Assembly: GCA_965207885.1 (NCBI GenBank)
Contig: OZ242311.1
Location: 4,448,001 to 4,512,000 of the forward strand
Reading direction: 5' to 3'
Length of the DNA stretch: 64,000 nt
Origin: Candidatus Latescibacterota bacterium
GTDB taxonomy: Bacteria; Latescibacterota; UBA2968
Below, in pieces: positions 9,156 to 19,953 of the stretch; the first letter of the stretch is position 1, and every line of letters begins with the position of its first letter. The notes under the pieces were generated by a model. That model was not told the DNA's origin, ran no database searches, and worked only from the letters and a program-made list of their open reading frames with translations. A program made the translations under genes and the position numbers.

Positions 9156-9185
9156 AATATAACCCGATAAATTGCGGGATGTCAA
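9156..9185 (-). promoter_or_regulatory. sigma70-type promoter for the candidate RNA
   Basis: TTGACA-18-TATATT on the minus strand. Confidence 0.65.
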
Positions 9186-9295
9186 GACCTAATTTGAAAT
9201 TTTTTTATAGGTATCTTTAGATAAGATTATATACTATATATCAGTACCCAATCCGCGCTAATCATTTTAGCGCCATAGAACAGGAGAACACAGAT

Positions 9296-10891
9296 ATGGG
9301 ATATGGCAGACGAGAAGACCCGAAATTGTTTAACGATGAACAAATGCGTCAATATATCGCAGATGGATACGTGGTTTTTGAGCCAGATGTCCCCGATGAC
9401 CTGCACGAGACAATTCGGCAAAAACTGCAATTTATGGTCGATGAAGAATTCAATTACGGCAACAACGTGCTGCCTCGCGTCCCCGAGATGGATCGCATCT
9501 TAAACAGCCCAGAAGTACAGGGCGCGCTCATCAGCGTACTCGGCCCGGGATATATCGAACACCCGCATCGGTTTTGTCACTACATCTCGCCCGACGCAAC
9601 ACAAAGAACACTCGCCCAAAATTGTCATCAAGATTCTTACACCCCCCTGGGACGCCCGCGCCAACACTACCCGCGCTTTGCGCGCATCATGTACTATCCA
9701 CAGGACTCACCCGTTGAAATCGGTCCCACACACGCGATTCCCGGCACACAGTATCACAGGCGATTGACCGATCAAGACCGCCAGAACGCCATTCCAATAG
9801 CCGGTAAAGCTGGCACAGTATCAATCACACACTTTGATATAGGACACGCCGCAGGCATCAACGCGCTTCGCCAACCCCGGCATATGATAAAATTCATTTA
9901 CGTGCGCGCCGAAGAACCGACCGCCCCCTCGTGGGATTGTCGGGATCACATCTGGCGAAATCCCGAAACATACAAAACACCGCATGATCTGCACCTGGCC
10001 TGGTCGCATATATGGGATTGGCTATGTGGCAAAAAGGATCAATACGAAAGTTTTCGCGCATCAGCCCCCGCAACTTGCAGATTGGAAGACCTGCATCACG
10101 ACAACCTGGACAAACGACTCGCAGCCCTGCACTCAATAGCCGCGACAAAAAACACCGATGCAATTCCCGCGCTGATTCGCAAGCTCAATACCGACGACCA
10201 GTGGACGCGCCTCGCGGCTATATATACTCTGGGCGCAATAGGCCAACCCGCAGTACAGCCCCTGATAGAAACACTCTTAGACACTGCCACACACAAAGAC
10301 GAGAACCCCGTACCCACATCCTGGAATGAAGGCGCCATATCGATGGAAGATGCTGTCCATGCCCTCGTTGCCATAGGCACACCTTCACTGGATCCTCTAA
10401 TTGGACTGCTGGAAAACTCAAGCGAATGGGCACGTATCAACGCGGCCTTCGCGCTCGGTGAAATGGATACTCTGGCGGCACAAGCCGTACCTGCACTCAC
10501 GCGCTGTCTGGACGATGCGTCTCACTGCGTTGTGCGAACAGCCACAGATGCACTGGGCAGCATTCGGAAAGATAGCGAAGAATTTATACCCGTACTCGAG
10601 CGACTGCTCAAAGTGGGACGCCCTGAATGGCAAATGCCCGACCGACGCGACTGGACGCCCTATGACCAGGTCCGCGTCAACGCCGCAATGGCATTTACGC
10701 GCCTGGGCAAAGACGCCACATCTGCCGAAGCTCTTCTACTCGATACATTATCCGACCCCAACGGTCACGTCGCTGCATTTGCCCTGGAAGCATTGCGGCG
10801 GATAGGCACGTCCTCGGCAATGGATGGCGTCATGGAATATCTGATGACCCGACGGTGGGATGAAAGCATAGAGAAAGGAAGACTATTTTGA
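9296..10891 (+). CDS. Phytanoyl-CoA dioxygenase (PhyH)-like domain fused to HEAT/PBS-lyase repeats
   Basis: HQD...H facial triad, YYPQD..GPT..IPGTQY; C-terminal repeats such as RLAAIYTLGAIG, RINAAFALGEM; CAGGAG RBS. Confidence 0.85.
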   Translation: MGYGRREDPKLFNDEQMRQYIADGYVVFEPDVPDDLHETIRQKLQFMVDEEFNYGNNVLPRVPEMDRILNSPEVQGALISVLGPGYIEHPHRFCHYISPDATQRTLAQNCHQDSYTPLGRPRQHYPRFARIMYYPQDSPVEIGPTHAIPGTQYHRRLTDQDRQNAIPIAGKAGTVSITHFDIGHAAGINALRQPRHMIKFIYVRAEEPTAPSWDCRDHIWRNPETYKTPHDLHLAWSHIWDWLCGKKDQYESFRASAPATCRLEDLHHDNLDKRLAALHSIAATKNTDAIPALIRKLNTDDQWTRLAAIYTLGAIGQPAVQPLIETLLDTATHKDENPVPTSWNEGAISMEDAVHALVAIGTPSLDPLIGLLENSSEWARINAAFALGEMDTLAAQAVPALTRCLDDASHCVVRTATDALGSIRKDSEEFIPVLERLLKVGRPEWQMPDRRDWTPYDQVRVNAAMAFTRLGKDATSAEALLLDTLSDPNGHVAAFALEALRRIGTSSAMDGVMEYLMTRRWDESIEKGRLF

Positions 10892-12138
10892 ACACACGAC
10901 ACCTGATTTCAACGCAGGGATCAGACCGCGGAACCGGATATAACATGAGCGGGAAACTGATTCGGCGCGATGGCAAATTATTCATCGGATGGTTGGATGC
11001 CCCATCAGAAAAAGGCACACAGGCGAGGATCATGATAGGCGTTTGTGACGAAGTATCCGGCGAGATGCACCGGACATTTCAAATTGGCGAAGGCATTGAC
11101 AACCACTGTGGACCCGCCCTGATACTGGACGACAACGGCCGATTGCACGCCCTCGTCGGAGCGCACCACGGTCCATTTTTTTATCGATGGTCGGACAACC
11201 CAGAAGATCCAAATACCTGGAGTGAAGCAGAGGCATTGGGCGCATTGAGCACATATCCCAGTTTCGCAGTGGATCAGGAGGGAACACTTCACCTATCGTA
11301 TCGCGAGAGCGGGGACAGATGGGCTATGTGGTATCGGCGAAAAAAAACCAACCAGAGTTGGGAACCACCGCGTTCAATTGCAGTAAGCCCGGTCGCGGGA
11401 TACAATCATTTCATGCAATCTCTGACCACGGGACCAGACGGAACCCTGCATCTAATATTTCAATTTCACTTTGCGGAATCTGGACACGCAGCAGATTGCC
11501 GGGGACGCGCAGCAGTACATGTGTATTCAGAAGACGGCGGCGATACGTGGTTTAACGAAGGCGCGCGCTTTGGAGACCCATTAACAATGGAAACCATGCG
11601 AGCCATTTGCCACGATCCGCAGGGCGGAGATGGCCAGCACAGCGTGCGCGTGGGCAATCACGTAGTAGATGCAAACAATCAACCGTGGTTCTTCTGCTCA
11701 TATCCCGGGTATCAAAGCGGTGTATTGTGGCATCGCAGCGACGCGGGATGGGAGCCTGTGGATCTATCTCCGATCCTCAATGGCTTAAACATGGAAGGTG
11801 GACGCGCGACATCGCTATCTCGAGATCACAAAGGCAGATTGCACTTTGCATTTGCAACACACCCGCACAAAAAGCGGTGTGAATGGTTCAGCCCCGAACT
11901 GGAATTATTTTATGCAATACTCGACGAAAAAGGCGCGTTAATCTCTTTAGACCAACGCACCGGAACCGACAGAGCGGCAGCGAACTGGTTACCCGCACTG
12001 GAGCAATGGGATTGGACGCGCCCCGATCAACGGTTTGGCGGTGGTCACTGGATGATGTACACACGTGGCTTAAATGCCGGCGGAATTGGCGGCGACAACA
12101 AAAGTGCATTGAAGACAGAAATTTATTTGACCCGATGA
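10888..12138 (+). CDS. BNR-repeat (BNR_4-like) beta-propeller, possible glycan-active enzyme
   Basis: DNHCGP, TYP, Asp-box YSEDGGDTW; TTGA overlap with upstream stop. Confidence 0.65.
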   Translation: MNTRHLISTQGSDRGTGYNMSGKLIRRDGKLFIGWLDAPSEKGTQARIMIGVCDEVSGEMHRTFQIGEGIDNHCGPALILDDNGRLHALVGAHHGPFFYRWSDNPEDPNTWSEAEALGALSTYPSFAVDQEGTLHLSYRESGDRWAMWYRRKKTNQSWEPPRSIAVSPVAGYNHFMQSLTTGPDGTLHLIFQFHFAESGHAADCRGRAAVHVYSEDGGDTWFNEGARFGDPLTMETMRAICHDPQGGDGQHSVRVGNHVVDANNQPWFFCSYPGYQSGVLWHRSDAGWEPVDLSPILNGLNMEGGRATSLSRDHKGRLHFAFATHPHKKRCEWFSPELELFYAILDEKGALISLDQRTGTDRAAANWLPALEQWDWTRPDQRFGGGHWMMYTRGLNAGGIGGDNKSALKTEIYLTR

Positions 12139-12184
12139 ATTTATCAAATCCTTCCTGCTGAACCTCCAATAATGAAAAAAATGA

Positions 12185-12247
12185 TTGACATCTGAAATCA
12201 TTTACTCTATTTTCCTAAGTAACTCTAAAAAATAGAGAACTCTAAAA
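12185..12247 (+). promoter_or_regulatory. Promoter with repeated ACTCTA boxes (candidate operator of the wHTH regulator)
   Basis: TTGACA at 12185; ACTCTA x3; CTCTA-AAAAA-TAGAG inverted repeat. Confidence 0.55.
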
Positions 12248-12267
12248 TCCATCAAAGGAGAAATCAA

Positions 12268-12837
12268 ATGCAACCCACACAAAAATTTGAAGAAGACGTA
12301 GCCTTCGTCCGCGAAGCCGTTGAAAAACGCGATCGGAGGCAATACAACTCCATTGCCATAGTCGTGCTCTGGGCCATCATCCTCGTCGCCGGTTATATGA
12401 TCAACGATTTTCGTCCCGAAATAAGCCACCTCTATTGGCCCATTGCGACCTCCATTGGATTCCTGATCAGCATCTGGATCGGCGTGCGGGCAAAGCGGGC
12501 GGAAGGCATCGCAAAACGCAGCGATGGGGCTAAACACAGCCTGCATTGGGGCAGTTTGTTTTTTACGATTGCCGCTATTGTGTTCATCGCCCTGCGACAC
12601 GGCCTGGATGGCTGGGTAATGGGTCAGTACATCACTCTAATTTCTGGTGTCACCTGGTACCTGGGCGGTCTGCACCTGGACCGTCGCTTTCTTCTCCCTG
12701 GTGTCGTATGCATCGTGAGTGCCCCTGCTGTTGACTATCTCGCTCCCTACCCCTGGACCATGGCCGGCATGGCCATCGCCGCCAGCCTGATCATCAGTGC
12801 CTTATGGATGAAACCTCATGAAAAAAGCACCGTCTAA
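12268..12837 (+). CDS. Integral membrane protein (~6 TM)
   Basis: Multiple hydrophobic segments; AAAGGAG RBS. Confidence 0.8.
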   Translation: MQPTQKFEEDVAFVREAVEKRDRRQYNSIAIVVLWAIILVAGYMINDFRPEISHLYWPIATSIGFLISIWIGVRAKRAEGIAKRSDGAKHSLHWGSLFFTIAAIVFIALRHGLDGWVMGQYITLISGVTWYLGGLHLDRRFLLPGVVCIVSAPAVDYLAPYPWTMAGMAIAASLIISALWMKPHEKSTV

Positions 12838-13144
12838 CACCTCCGATAGTCTTGCCCAACTGGACAAACTGCTGGAACACCGGTCTCGACTCGGCGCCTG
12901 CGTGCTCCTCGCCGACACTGACGCCATGACCTTTACCAGTTTGAAACAACTGCTAAAAGAAACCGACGGCAACATGGGCGCGCACCTGCGAAAACTGGAA
13001 GATATGGGCTACGTCAATGTTGACAAGCGATTCGAAAACCGAAAACCCGTCACCTGGTACAGCCTCACAGAAAAAGGCCGCGAGTCTTTAACCACACATG
13101 TAAAAGCCCTGCAAACAGTAATCCGCAGTGCCGGCATTGACTGA
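12818..13144 (+). CDS. Winged-helix transcriptional regulator (MarR/ArsR-like)
   Basis: F..LK.LL.ETDGNMGAHLRKLE..GYV..KP.TWYSLTEKG. Confidence 0.85.
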   Translation: MKKAPSNTSDSLAQLDKLLEHRSRLGACVLLADTDAMTFTSLKQLLKETDGNMGAHLRKLEDMGYVNVDKRFENRKPVTWYSLTEKGRESLTTHVKALQTVIRSAGID

Positions 13145-14564
13145 TAGGCGTACAAACATGAAACATCTCCCCACATCCACAACGCAATGGGCAATGGTCC
13201 TCCTCCTTCTGTCTTTCGCTATGCCCACCTTTGCACAGAATCACGCCTTTATTCAGGGACAGGTACTCGACGAAACAGATCGTCCAGTAGCCTATGTCAA
13301 CGTACAAATCACGGACACGCTCGACGGCGCAATCACTGATCGCGACGGCCGCTTTGCCTTCTCCACGCAGCACATGGGCAAATGCAAATTGCACGCATCC
13401 TCCATCGGCTATGAACCCGCTCAGCAGACCCTGTATCTAACGCCCGGCGATACCACAACTGTTCGCCTCATCCTGCGCCTCGTCCTCATCCAACTCGACG
13501 AAACCACCGTCACGGCAAGCACCTATACCACTGGGGAAGAGGAAACCGTAACCCTCTCTCCCCTGGATGTCGTGACAACACCTGGCGCTTCTGCCGATAT
13601 ATTCCGCGCATTCAAAACCTTTCCAGGCGTTGCAACCGTCGATGACGGCGCTGGCCTCTTTGTGCGCGGAGGCGACGTAAGCGAAACCGTCATATTGCTC
13701 GGACAAGCTACAGTCGTGCATCCCTACAAATACGAATCGCCCACAGGCGGCGTCTTCGGCACCATCTCTCCCTTTATGGTACAGGGCACCGTCTTCTCCA
13801 CAGGCGGATTTCCCGCGCGCTATGGCAACGCACTCTCCGCAGTCCTGTCCATGGAAACCCAGAACATGCCCGCGCAAAAAAGCTACACACTCAACCTGGG
13901 CCTCGCCGCTGGCTCTCTGGGCCTCAACCTGCCCCTTATGTCCGACAAATTGGGCGTACGCTTCACCGGCAACCTCAGCTTTACTGATCTTCTGTTTCGC
14001 GTCAACCGCCACAGCAGAGCGTTCACCACCACGCCGCGCGGACACGACGGCAACCTCAATTTGATCTACCAGTACTCGCCAACCGGACGCCTCAAATTCT
14101 TCAGCTTCAACGCGAGCGACCGCCTGGGCGTTCGCGTCACAGAACCCTCCTTTGACGGCATTTACAAAGGCAGCACCAACAGCGCATTGCACAACCTCGA
14201 GTGGATGGAGGTATTCGCCAATTGGGTCATGCAGACCAGCGCCTCGCTCAACCACCACACAGCGCGGAAACAACTGGGCAATCTGGATTTCTCGCCCCGC
14301 GACCTGACCCTCAAACTCCGCACAGACATAGAACGCGCCCTCACCACATCTGCGTTCTTGCGCCTGGGCGGCGAAATCGAACACACGGATAATCAATTCG
14401 TGGGCAGTATTCCTCAAGGCGATATATTCGACCCCCAGGCAGAGATATTTGAACTCGATACATCCTACGGTGCCCGGCGCGCGGGTGCCTACTTTGAAAT
14501 CGACTTTGAACCTGCCCGCCGCCTCGTCGTCAATCTCGGCACACGCGCCGACCACCACAATCTA

Positions 14565-15501
14565 GGTAGTGTCTGAAAAGTCGTAAAGTATGTATTTTAG
14601 TTGCAGCATACGCCCTAAACCAAGGAGTATGATATGCAACGGAGATATGAACTGCGCGACGAGGCTTGGCATCTGATCCAAGACCTGTTCCCACCGCCGA
14701 AGAAGATGGGTCGTCCCCGTCGGGATGATCGTACATTATTCAACGGGATCTTCTGGATATTGTGTTCAGGTGCAGCTTGGCGCGACCTGCCAGAACGATA
14801 TGGTCCTTGGCAGACAGCCTTTGACCGATTCTGCAAATGGAAACAGGATGGCACCTTTGATCGCATTGTAGAAAAGCTACATCTCAAATTGGGTGAAGAT
14901 GGTCTTTTAGATTATGCGACCTGGATGATGGATGCAACCCATATTCGAGCCACACAAGCCGCGGCAGGAGCGAAAAAAAAAGGGCAAAAAGGGTGAAGAA
15001 GAGCCCCCAGATCACGCTTTAGGACGCTCTCGTGGCGGTTTGACCACGAAAATCCATCTTCTTTGCGATGCAGTCGGGCATCCTTTAGCAGTGGATCTTC
15101 TCCCTGGTAACCAGTCAGAATCCACACAGGCTGAAAGGCTACTGTCAAAGGTATGCATACCCACCAAACGAGGGCGTCCAAGAAACCGACCCAAGTATCT
15201 GGTAGCTGATAAATCTTATGATGTCTCACGCATCAGAGTCTATCTACGCAAACGGGGTATCAAGGCTGCTATCCCAAACAAGGCGATTCCCAAAGGCAGA
15301 AAACGGCGTAAGAGAGGACCACGGCCTAAGTGTGATAAAAGATTATATGCCAAACGCAATATCGTGGAGCGTCTCTTTGGTTGGCTTAAACACTGCCGAC
15401 GGATTGTGACCCGATTTGAAAAAAAGGCGACTCATTTTCTCACTATGGTCAAGCTGGCCTGTATCAGACAACTCTTCAAAGCTTACTTTTCAGACACTAC
15501 C
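14565..15501 (+). mobile_element. IS5-family insertion sequence, copy 1 (937 bp)
   Basis: 17-bp perfect TIR GGTAGTGTCTGAAAAGT / ACTTTTCAGACACTACC; TA duplication. Confidence 0.95.
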
Positions 15502-15504
15502 TAA
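14634..15504 (+). CDS. IS5-family transposase split into two ORFs (14634-14996 and a +1 frame ending at 15504) at an A9 run
   Basis: WRDLPERYGPWQT, DAT, GRSRGGLTTKIH, ADKSYD, RNIVERLFGWLK. Confidence 0.9.
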
Positions 15505-16347
15505 GCGACCGGTTTGCCATAGACCCGCGCGTATCTGCGCGCTACCAGTTTACCGAACACACAGACGCACGCCTCGCCTGGGGCATCTACCACCAATTTC
15601 CCGGCCCGTCCAAATACAACGCCACCAGCGGCAATCCCAATATAGGACCTCAACGCGCCCAGCACAGAATCATCGGCCTGCACCACGAACGCGACCAGTT
15701 CATGATGCGCCTGGAGGCATACCACAAACCCTACCGCAACCTCGTACTGGATCATCCCGACCTGAACCTCTCCAACGATGGCAAAGGCAGCGCCTCTGGC
15801 TTAGATCTCTTCCTCAAACGCGGCGATTTTCTCAGCACGCGCTTCAGCGGTTGGATGGCCTACAGCCTGCTGAGATCCCGCCGCTTGCAGGTGCGCCACA
15901 TCGGATCAGAGATGCACTACGAAGAAGCCCCATCGCCTTATGACATCACACACAACCTGACACTCGTCGCAAAAATGCGGCTCATTGACGACCTCAGCGG
16001 CGGCCTGACCGTGAAGTATGCCACGGGTCGTCCCATCACCCCAATCGTGGGTGCAATTCCCGTAGCAGACCAGAACTACTATCTCCCCATAGAAGGGCGC
16101 GTCGGCTCAGAACGGCTGCCGTCCTTTCGGCAAGTAGATGGGCAACTGAGCTATTTGCTGCCCTTTGGCGCGAATCACCAGACCGTCTTCTATTTGGCGA
16201 TCAACAACCTGCTCAACCGCGCCAACGTACTCGACTACGACTACTCTATAGACTACAGCCAACGCCAGCCCCGCACCACCACCTTTAGCAGATCCATCTA
16301 CTTCGGTGCCACCGTCACCTTGAACCCATAAACTCAGGAGAACAGCC

Positions 16348-17208
16348 ATGCAATACATTTTACTCGCACTCATCGTCTCTCTCATCATCTTCACACAAAA
16401 AGGATATGCGGTTGCACAGCAACCAACGGATGGACAAAATCCCGACCAACCGACTATCAAACCTGACGAACCCGCACAATCCGCCGCCAGCCTCCTCACC
16501 AGCGGCAGAAATATCCTTCAACAGAGTATAAACGAGAACAATCTCGACGCCATGTACGCCGCCCGGGCGACATTTGAGCGCGCTCTGGCCGATAAAAACC
16601 TCTCGGCATGGAGCCATTACTACATCGCCCTCACCGACTACCGCATCGCCAACTATCTCTTAGCTCAAGGCAAAAAGAACAAAGACCGGGCCTCTGACCA
16701 CCTCAAAGAAGCGGCTGAGCATCTGGAAAAAGTCACTCGGGAAGACATCACCCGAGAAGATGCCAAAACGATCGCTGCCGAAGTCTATGCACTGCTCTCG
16801 AGCGTGTACGGACGGCAAATCAGCCTGAGTGGAATCAAAGGCATGTTCCTCGGACCCAAATCCGGCAATCTCCTAAAAAAATCCGAACAACTCGCACCCG
16901 ACAATCCGCGCGTAGTCCTGAGCGCGGCCATCAGTGCTTTTAACACACCCAAAATGTGGGGCGGGAGCAAAGAGAGAGCGATAGAAGGATTCCAGCGCGC
17001 CGCACATCTCTTTGCACGAGAAAAACCAACCGATCCCATCCATCCCGTTTGGGGACACAGCGAGACCTATGCCTGGCTGGGCATCGCGTATATGGACCGC
17101 GATGAGGAGAATTCAGCGCGAGCAGCTTTTGAAAAAGCGCTCGAAATTGATCCAAATAATGGCTGGGTCAAATACGATCTGTTGCCGAAGATGAAAAAGG
17201 AGAATTAG
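16348..17208 (+). CDS. Secreted TPR-repeat protein
   Basis: Signal peptide; helical repeats; AWLGIAY..FEKALEIDP. Confidence 0.8.
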   Translation: MQYILLALIVSLIIFTQKGYAVAQQPTDGQNPDQPTIKPDEPAQSAASLLTSGRNILQQSINENNLDAMYAARATFERALADKNLSAWSHYYIALTDYRIANYLLAQGKKNKDRASDHLKEAAEHLEKVTREDITREDAKTIAAEVYALLSSVYGRQISLSGIKGMFLGPKSGNLLKKSEQLAPDNPRVVLSAAISAFNTPKMWGGSKERAIEGFQRAAHLFAREKPTDPIHPVWGHSETYAWLGIAYMDRDEENSARAAFEKALEIDPNNGWVKYDLLPKMKKEN

Positions 17209-17308
17209 GTCACAGAGTATCTGTTTGTTACGTTTGATATGAAAATGTCAGCAGAAAGTAGAAAGTCATTTTGAGTCTGTTCAAGCCAGACTAAGCCTGG
17301 AGAAAAAA

Positions 17309-19717
17309 ATGTTCAAAATATACTTTAAGACAGCTCTGAGGATTCTGATTAAGTCCAGGACTTATACATTTATTAACATCATCGGGCTTGCACTGGGTAT
17401 GGCCTGCTGTTTGCTCATTATGCTTTATGTTAAAGACGAATTGAACTACGACGGATTTCATAGGCAAGCCCACAGGATTTACCGTATTACCAGCGAAGTG
17501 CTTCACAAAGGAATGGGGGTCACTCGGTCAGCTACCACGCCCGCACGACTTGCCCTGACCCTCCAAGATACCTACCCCGAGATTGAGGAAGTTGTTCGTC
17601 TATATCCCAAAAACTCTCTTGTTGCGCGGGGTGTACAGGCAGAATTTCAAGAGGAACGCTTCTTTTATACTGATCCTGCTTTTTTTAAAGTTTTTTCATT
17701 TCGAATTCTCGAAGGTAATCCCGCCGAAGTTTTGAAAGCACCCTTCTCGGTAGTACTGACTGAATCGACAGCTAAGCGGTACTTCGGAAATGAAAGTGCG
17801 ATTGGCCAAGTACTCAATATAGACCGGAAATTTGATTGCAAAATAACGGGCATTGTTCAGGATCCACCTTATAATTCACATATCCAGTTTGATTTTCTGG
17901 CGTCTTTTGCAACCGCTGAATCCGTGGATCCGTGGATTGTAAACTGGGAATGGCCTCCCATGTACACATATATCCTGCTCCATGAGGATCATGACATAGT
18001 TGAAATTCGAACCCAGATGCCAAAATTTATCGCGCAAAATATGCCTTCGCATATAAGCGGACAGGTGAGTTTTAGGGTTCAAGCTTTAAAACGCATACAT
18101 CTATATTCTCATCTCGAAAGAGAACTGACCCCCAACAGTGATATTGTCTATGTATATATTTTTTCCACCATTGCTTTTTTTATTTTGCTCATAGCCTGCA
18201 TCAATTTCATCAACATGACGACAGCCCAGTCAGCTCGACGTGCCTTGGAAGTCGGCATGCACAAAGTATTTGGTGCACACCGCAACCAGCTTGTCAGACA
18301 ATTTCTGTGCGAATCCCTACTTGTCGCAACACTGGCTTTTGTGCTTGCACTGGGGCTTGTAGAATGTCTGTTGCCAATATTTAACTCTGTTTCACAAAAG
18401 CAAGTCGTTTGGCAGGATTTGGGATATCTGACAGTTTTTCTCATCTCAGTGGGGTTGGTATTGGGGGTAGGTGTGATAGCCGGAAGCTATCCGGCATTTT
18501 ACCTTTCGAGATTTACACCTGCCAGAGCTGTAAAAGGCGTCTTATTTACGCCTCATAGCCATTCTGCCTGGCTGCGCAAAGGGTTGGTGATCTTTCAGTT
18601 CGCGATATCGAGCATTCTAATCATCGGTACGGTCATTATTTATAGCCAGCTTGATTTCCTGCAACATGCACGTCTGGGATTTGATAAAGAACAGATGGTG
18701 ATTGTCCCTTTACGCGAGATTGACGATCAAAAAAATTACAGAGTACTCAAACAGAAATGGAGTGAAGGAGCCAGCGTGATAAGCGTAACAGGTTCTTCAG
18801 GGGTGCCGACTCAAGTGGGGCTTTATGAATTTCATATCTTTCCCAATAATGCTCGAGACGACAGTTTGGAAATTTTTACTTTAACTGTGGATAAAGATTT
18901 TGTCGAGACCTATAATATGGAAATTCTCAACGGCCGTGACTTTTCTGAACATCATATCAGTGATGCGGCTCAAGCATTTCTCGTGAATGAAGCTGCGGCG
19001 AAAAAATTAGGCTGGCTGCAACCGACTGGAAAGGAACTAACGCTTAGATATTGGAGAGATAAATGGGTAAGAAAAAAAGGCCGCATCATCGGCCTTGTAA
19101 AAGATTTTCACTACCATTCTTTACATAGATCTATTGAACCCATCTTATTTCACATTGATACTATTGAAAAGTCTTACTATTATGCTTTTTTGTCAGTACG
19201 GATTTCAGGATCAGATGTTCAGAATGTACTAAGTTTCCTAAAACGCAGATGGAAAGAATTTAACCCCAATCGGCCATTTGAATTTTTCTTTTTAGACGAC
19301 CGGTTTGATCAACTGTATCGCGCTGAAGAAAGACAGGCACACATTATAGGCACTTTTGCCTTGATCGCGATTTCTATTGCTTGTCTGGGGCTATTTAGCC
19401 TTGCAGCTTTTTCCACAGAAGAAAGAACAAAGGAAGTGGGCGTGCGAAAAGTCCTCGGTGCTTCCGGTATCAACATCGTGGTATTACTCTCGAAGGAGTT
19501 CTCAAAATTGGTTATATATGCAAACTTGCTTGCCTATCCTATATCTTATTATGTTGCGGAGGTCTGGCTCCAGAGCTTTCCATATCGAATCCATCTGGGT
19601 GTTAGTCCTTTTCTCGTTGGAGGACTGCTCACCTTGACAATTGCTTCTGTAACTGTAGCCTATCACGCCTTCAAAGCCGCAACTTCCAATCCGGTTGAAG
19701 CCTTGCGGTATGAATAA
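17309..19717 (+). CDS. ABC transporter permease, duplicated MacB/FtsX type
   Basis: INIIGLALGMA, LLIACINFIN..A..RA.EVG..KV.GA, RTKEVGVRKVLGAS, NPVEALRYE. Confidence 0.92.
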   Translation: MFKIYFKTALRILIKSRTYTFINIIGLALGMACCLLIMLYVKDELNYDGFHRQAHRIYRITSEVLHKGMGVTRSATTPARLALTLQDTYPEIEEVVRLYPKNSLVARGVQAEFQEERFFYTDPAFFKVFSFRILEGNPAEVLKAPFSVVLTESTAKRYFGNESAIGQVLNIDRKFDCKITGIVQDPPYNSHIQFDFLASFATAESVDPWIVNWEWPPMYTYILLHEDHDIVEIRTQMPKFIAQNMPSHISGQVSFRVQALKRIHLYSHLERELTPNSDIVYVYIFSTIAFFILLIACINFINMTTAQSARRALEVGMHKVFGAHRNQLVRQFLCESLLVATLAFVLALGLVECLLPIFNSVSQKQVVWQDLGYLTVFLISVGLVLGVGVIAGSYPAFYLSRFTPARAVKGVLFTPHSHSAWLRKGLVIFQFAISSILIIGTVIIYSQLDFLQHARLGFDKEQMVIVPLREIDDQKNYRVLKQKWSEGASVISVTGSSGVPTQVGLYEFHIFPNNARDDSLEIFTLTVDKDFVETYNMEILNGRDFSEHHISDAAQAFLVNEAAAKKLGWLQPTGKELTLRYWRDKWVRKKGRIIGLVKDFHYHSLHRSIEPILFHIDTIEKSYYYAFLSVRISGSDVQNVLSFLKRRWKEFNPNRPFEFFFLDDRFDQLYRAEERQAHIIGTFALIAISIACLGLFSLAAFSTEERTKEVGVRKVLGASGINIVVLLSKEFSKLVIYANLLAYPISYYVAEVWLQSFPYRIHLGVSPFLVGGLLTLTIASVTVAYHAFKAATSNPVEALRYE

Positions 19718-19754
19718 CAAAAGACGCGGATTAGCCGCGCATCACCTATAAAGT

Positions 19755-19795
19755 AAAGACCACGAATCGAAATATCTCGCGGTCTTTCTTTTTTT
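19755..19795 (+). terminator. Rho-independent terminator
   Basis: AAAGACCACGA...TCGCGGTCTTT followed by a T-run. Confidence 0.6.
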
Positions 19796-19953
19796 AGAAA
19801 TCGGTTGATAGGGGATTATATACAATAGTGCCAAACTTAGATTGTCAATCCGTACAATATTACATCTCAGCTTGCTTAAAAAATAAAAAGTGAGTATAAT
19901 CAGGAGGATTGCCTGTAAGCGGTAGCCTGTTAGATGTAGTGAAAGGAGATGGC

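Larger units (their letters stand above)
13158..16331 (+). pseudogene. TonB-dependent receptor interrupted by an IS5-family element
   Basis: Signal peptide, carboxypeptidase-regulatory-like N-domain, plug (LFVRGG, GGFPARYGNALS); removing the IS and one TA restores the frame ..RADHHNL|SDRFAIDPRVSARYQF.. Confidence 0.9.
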
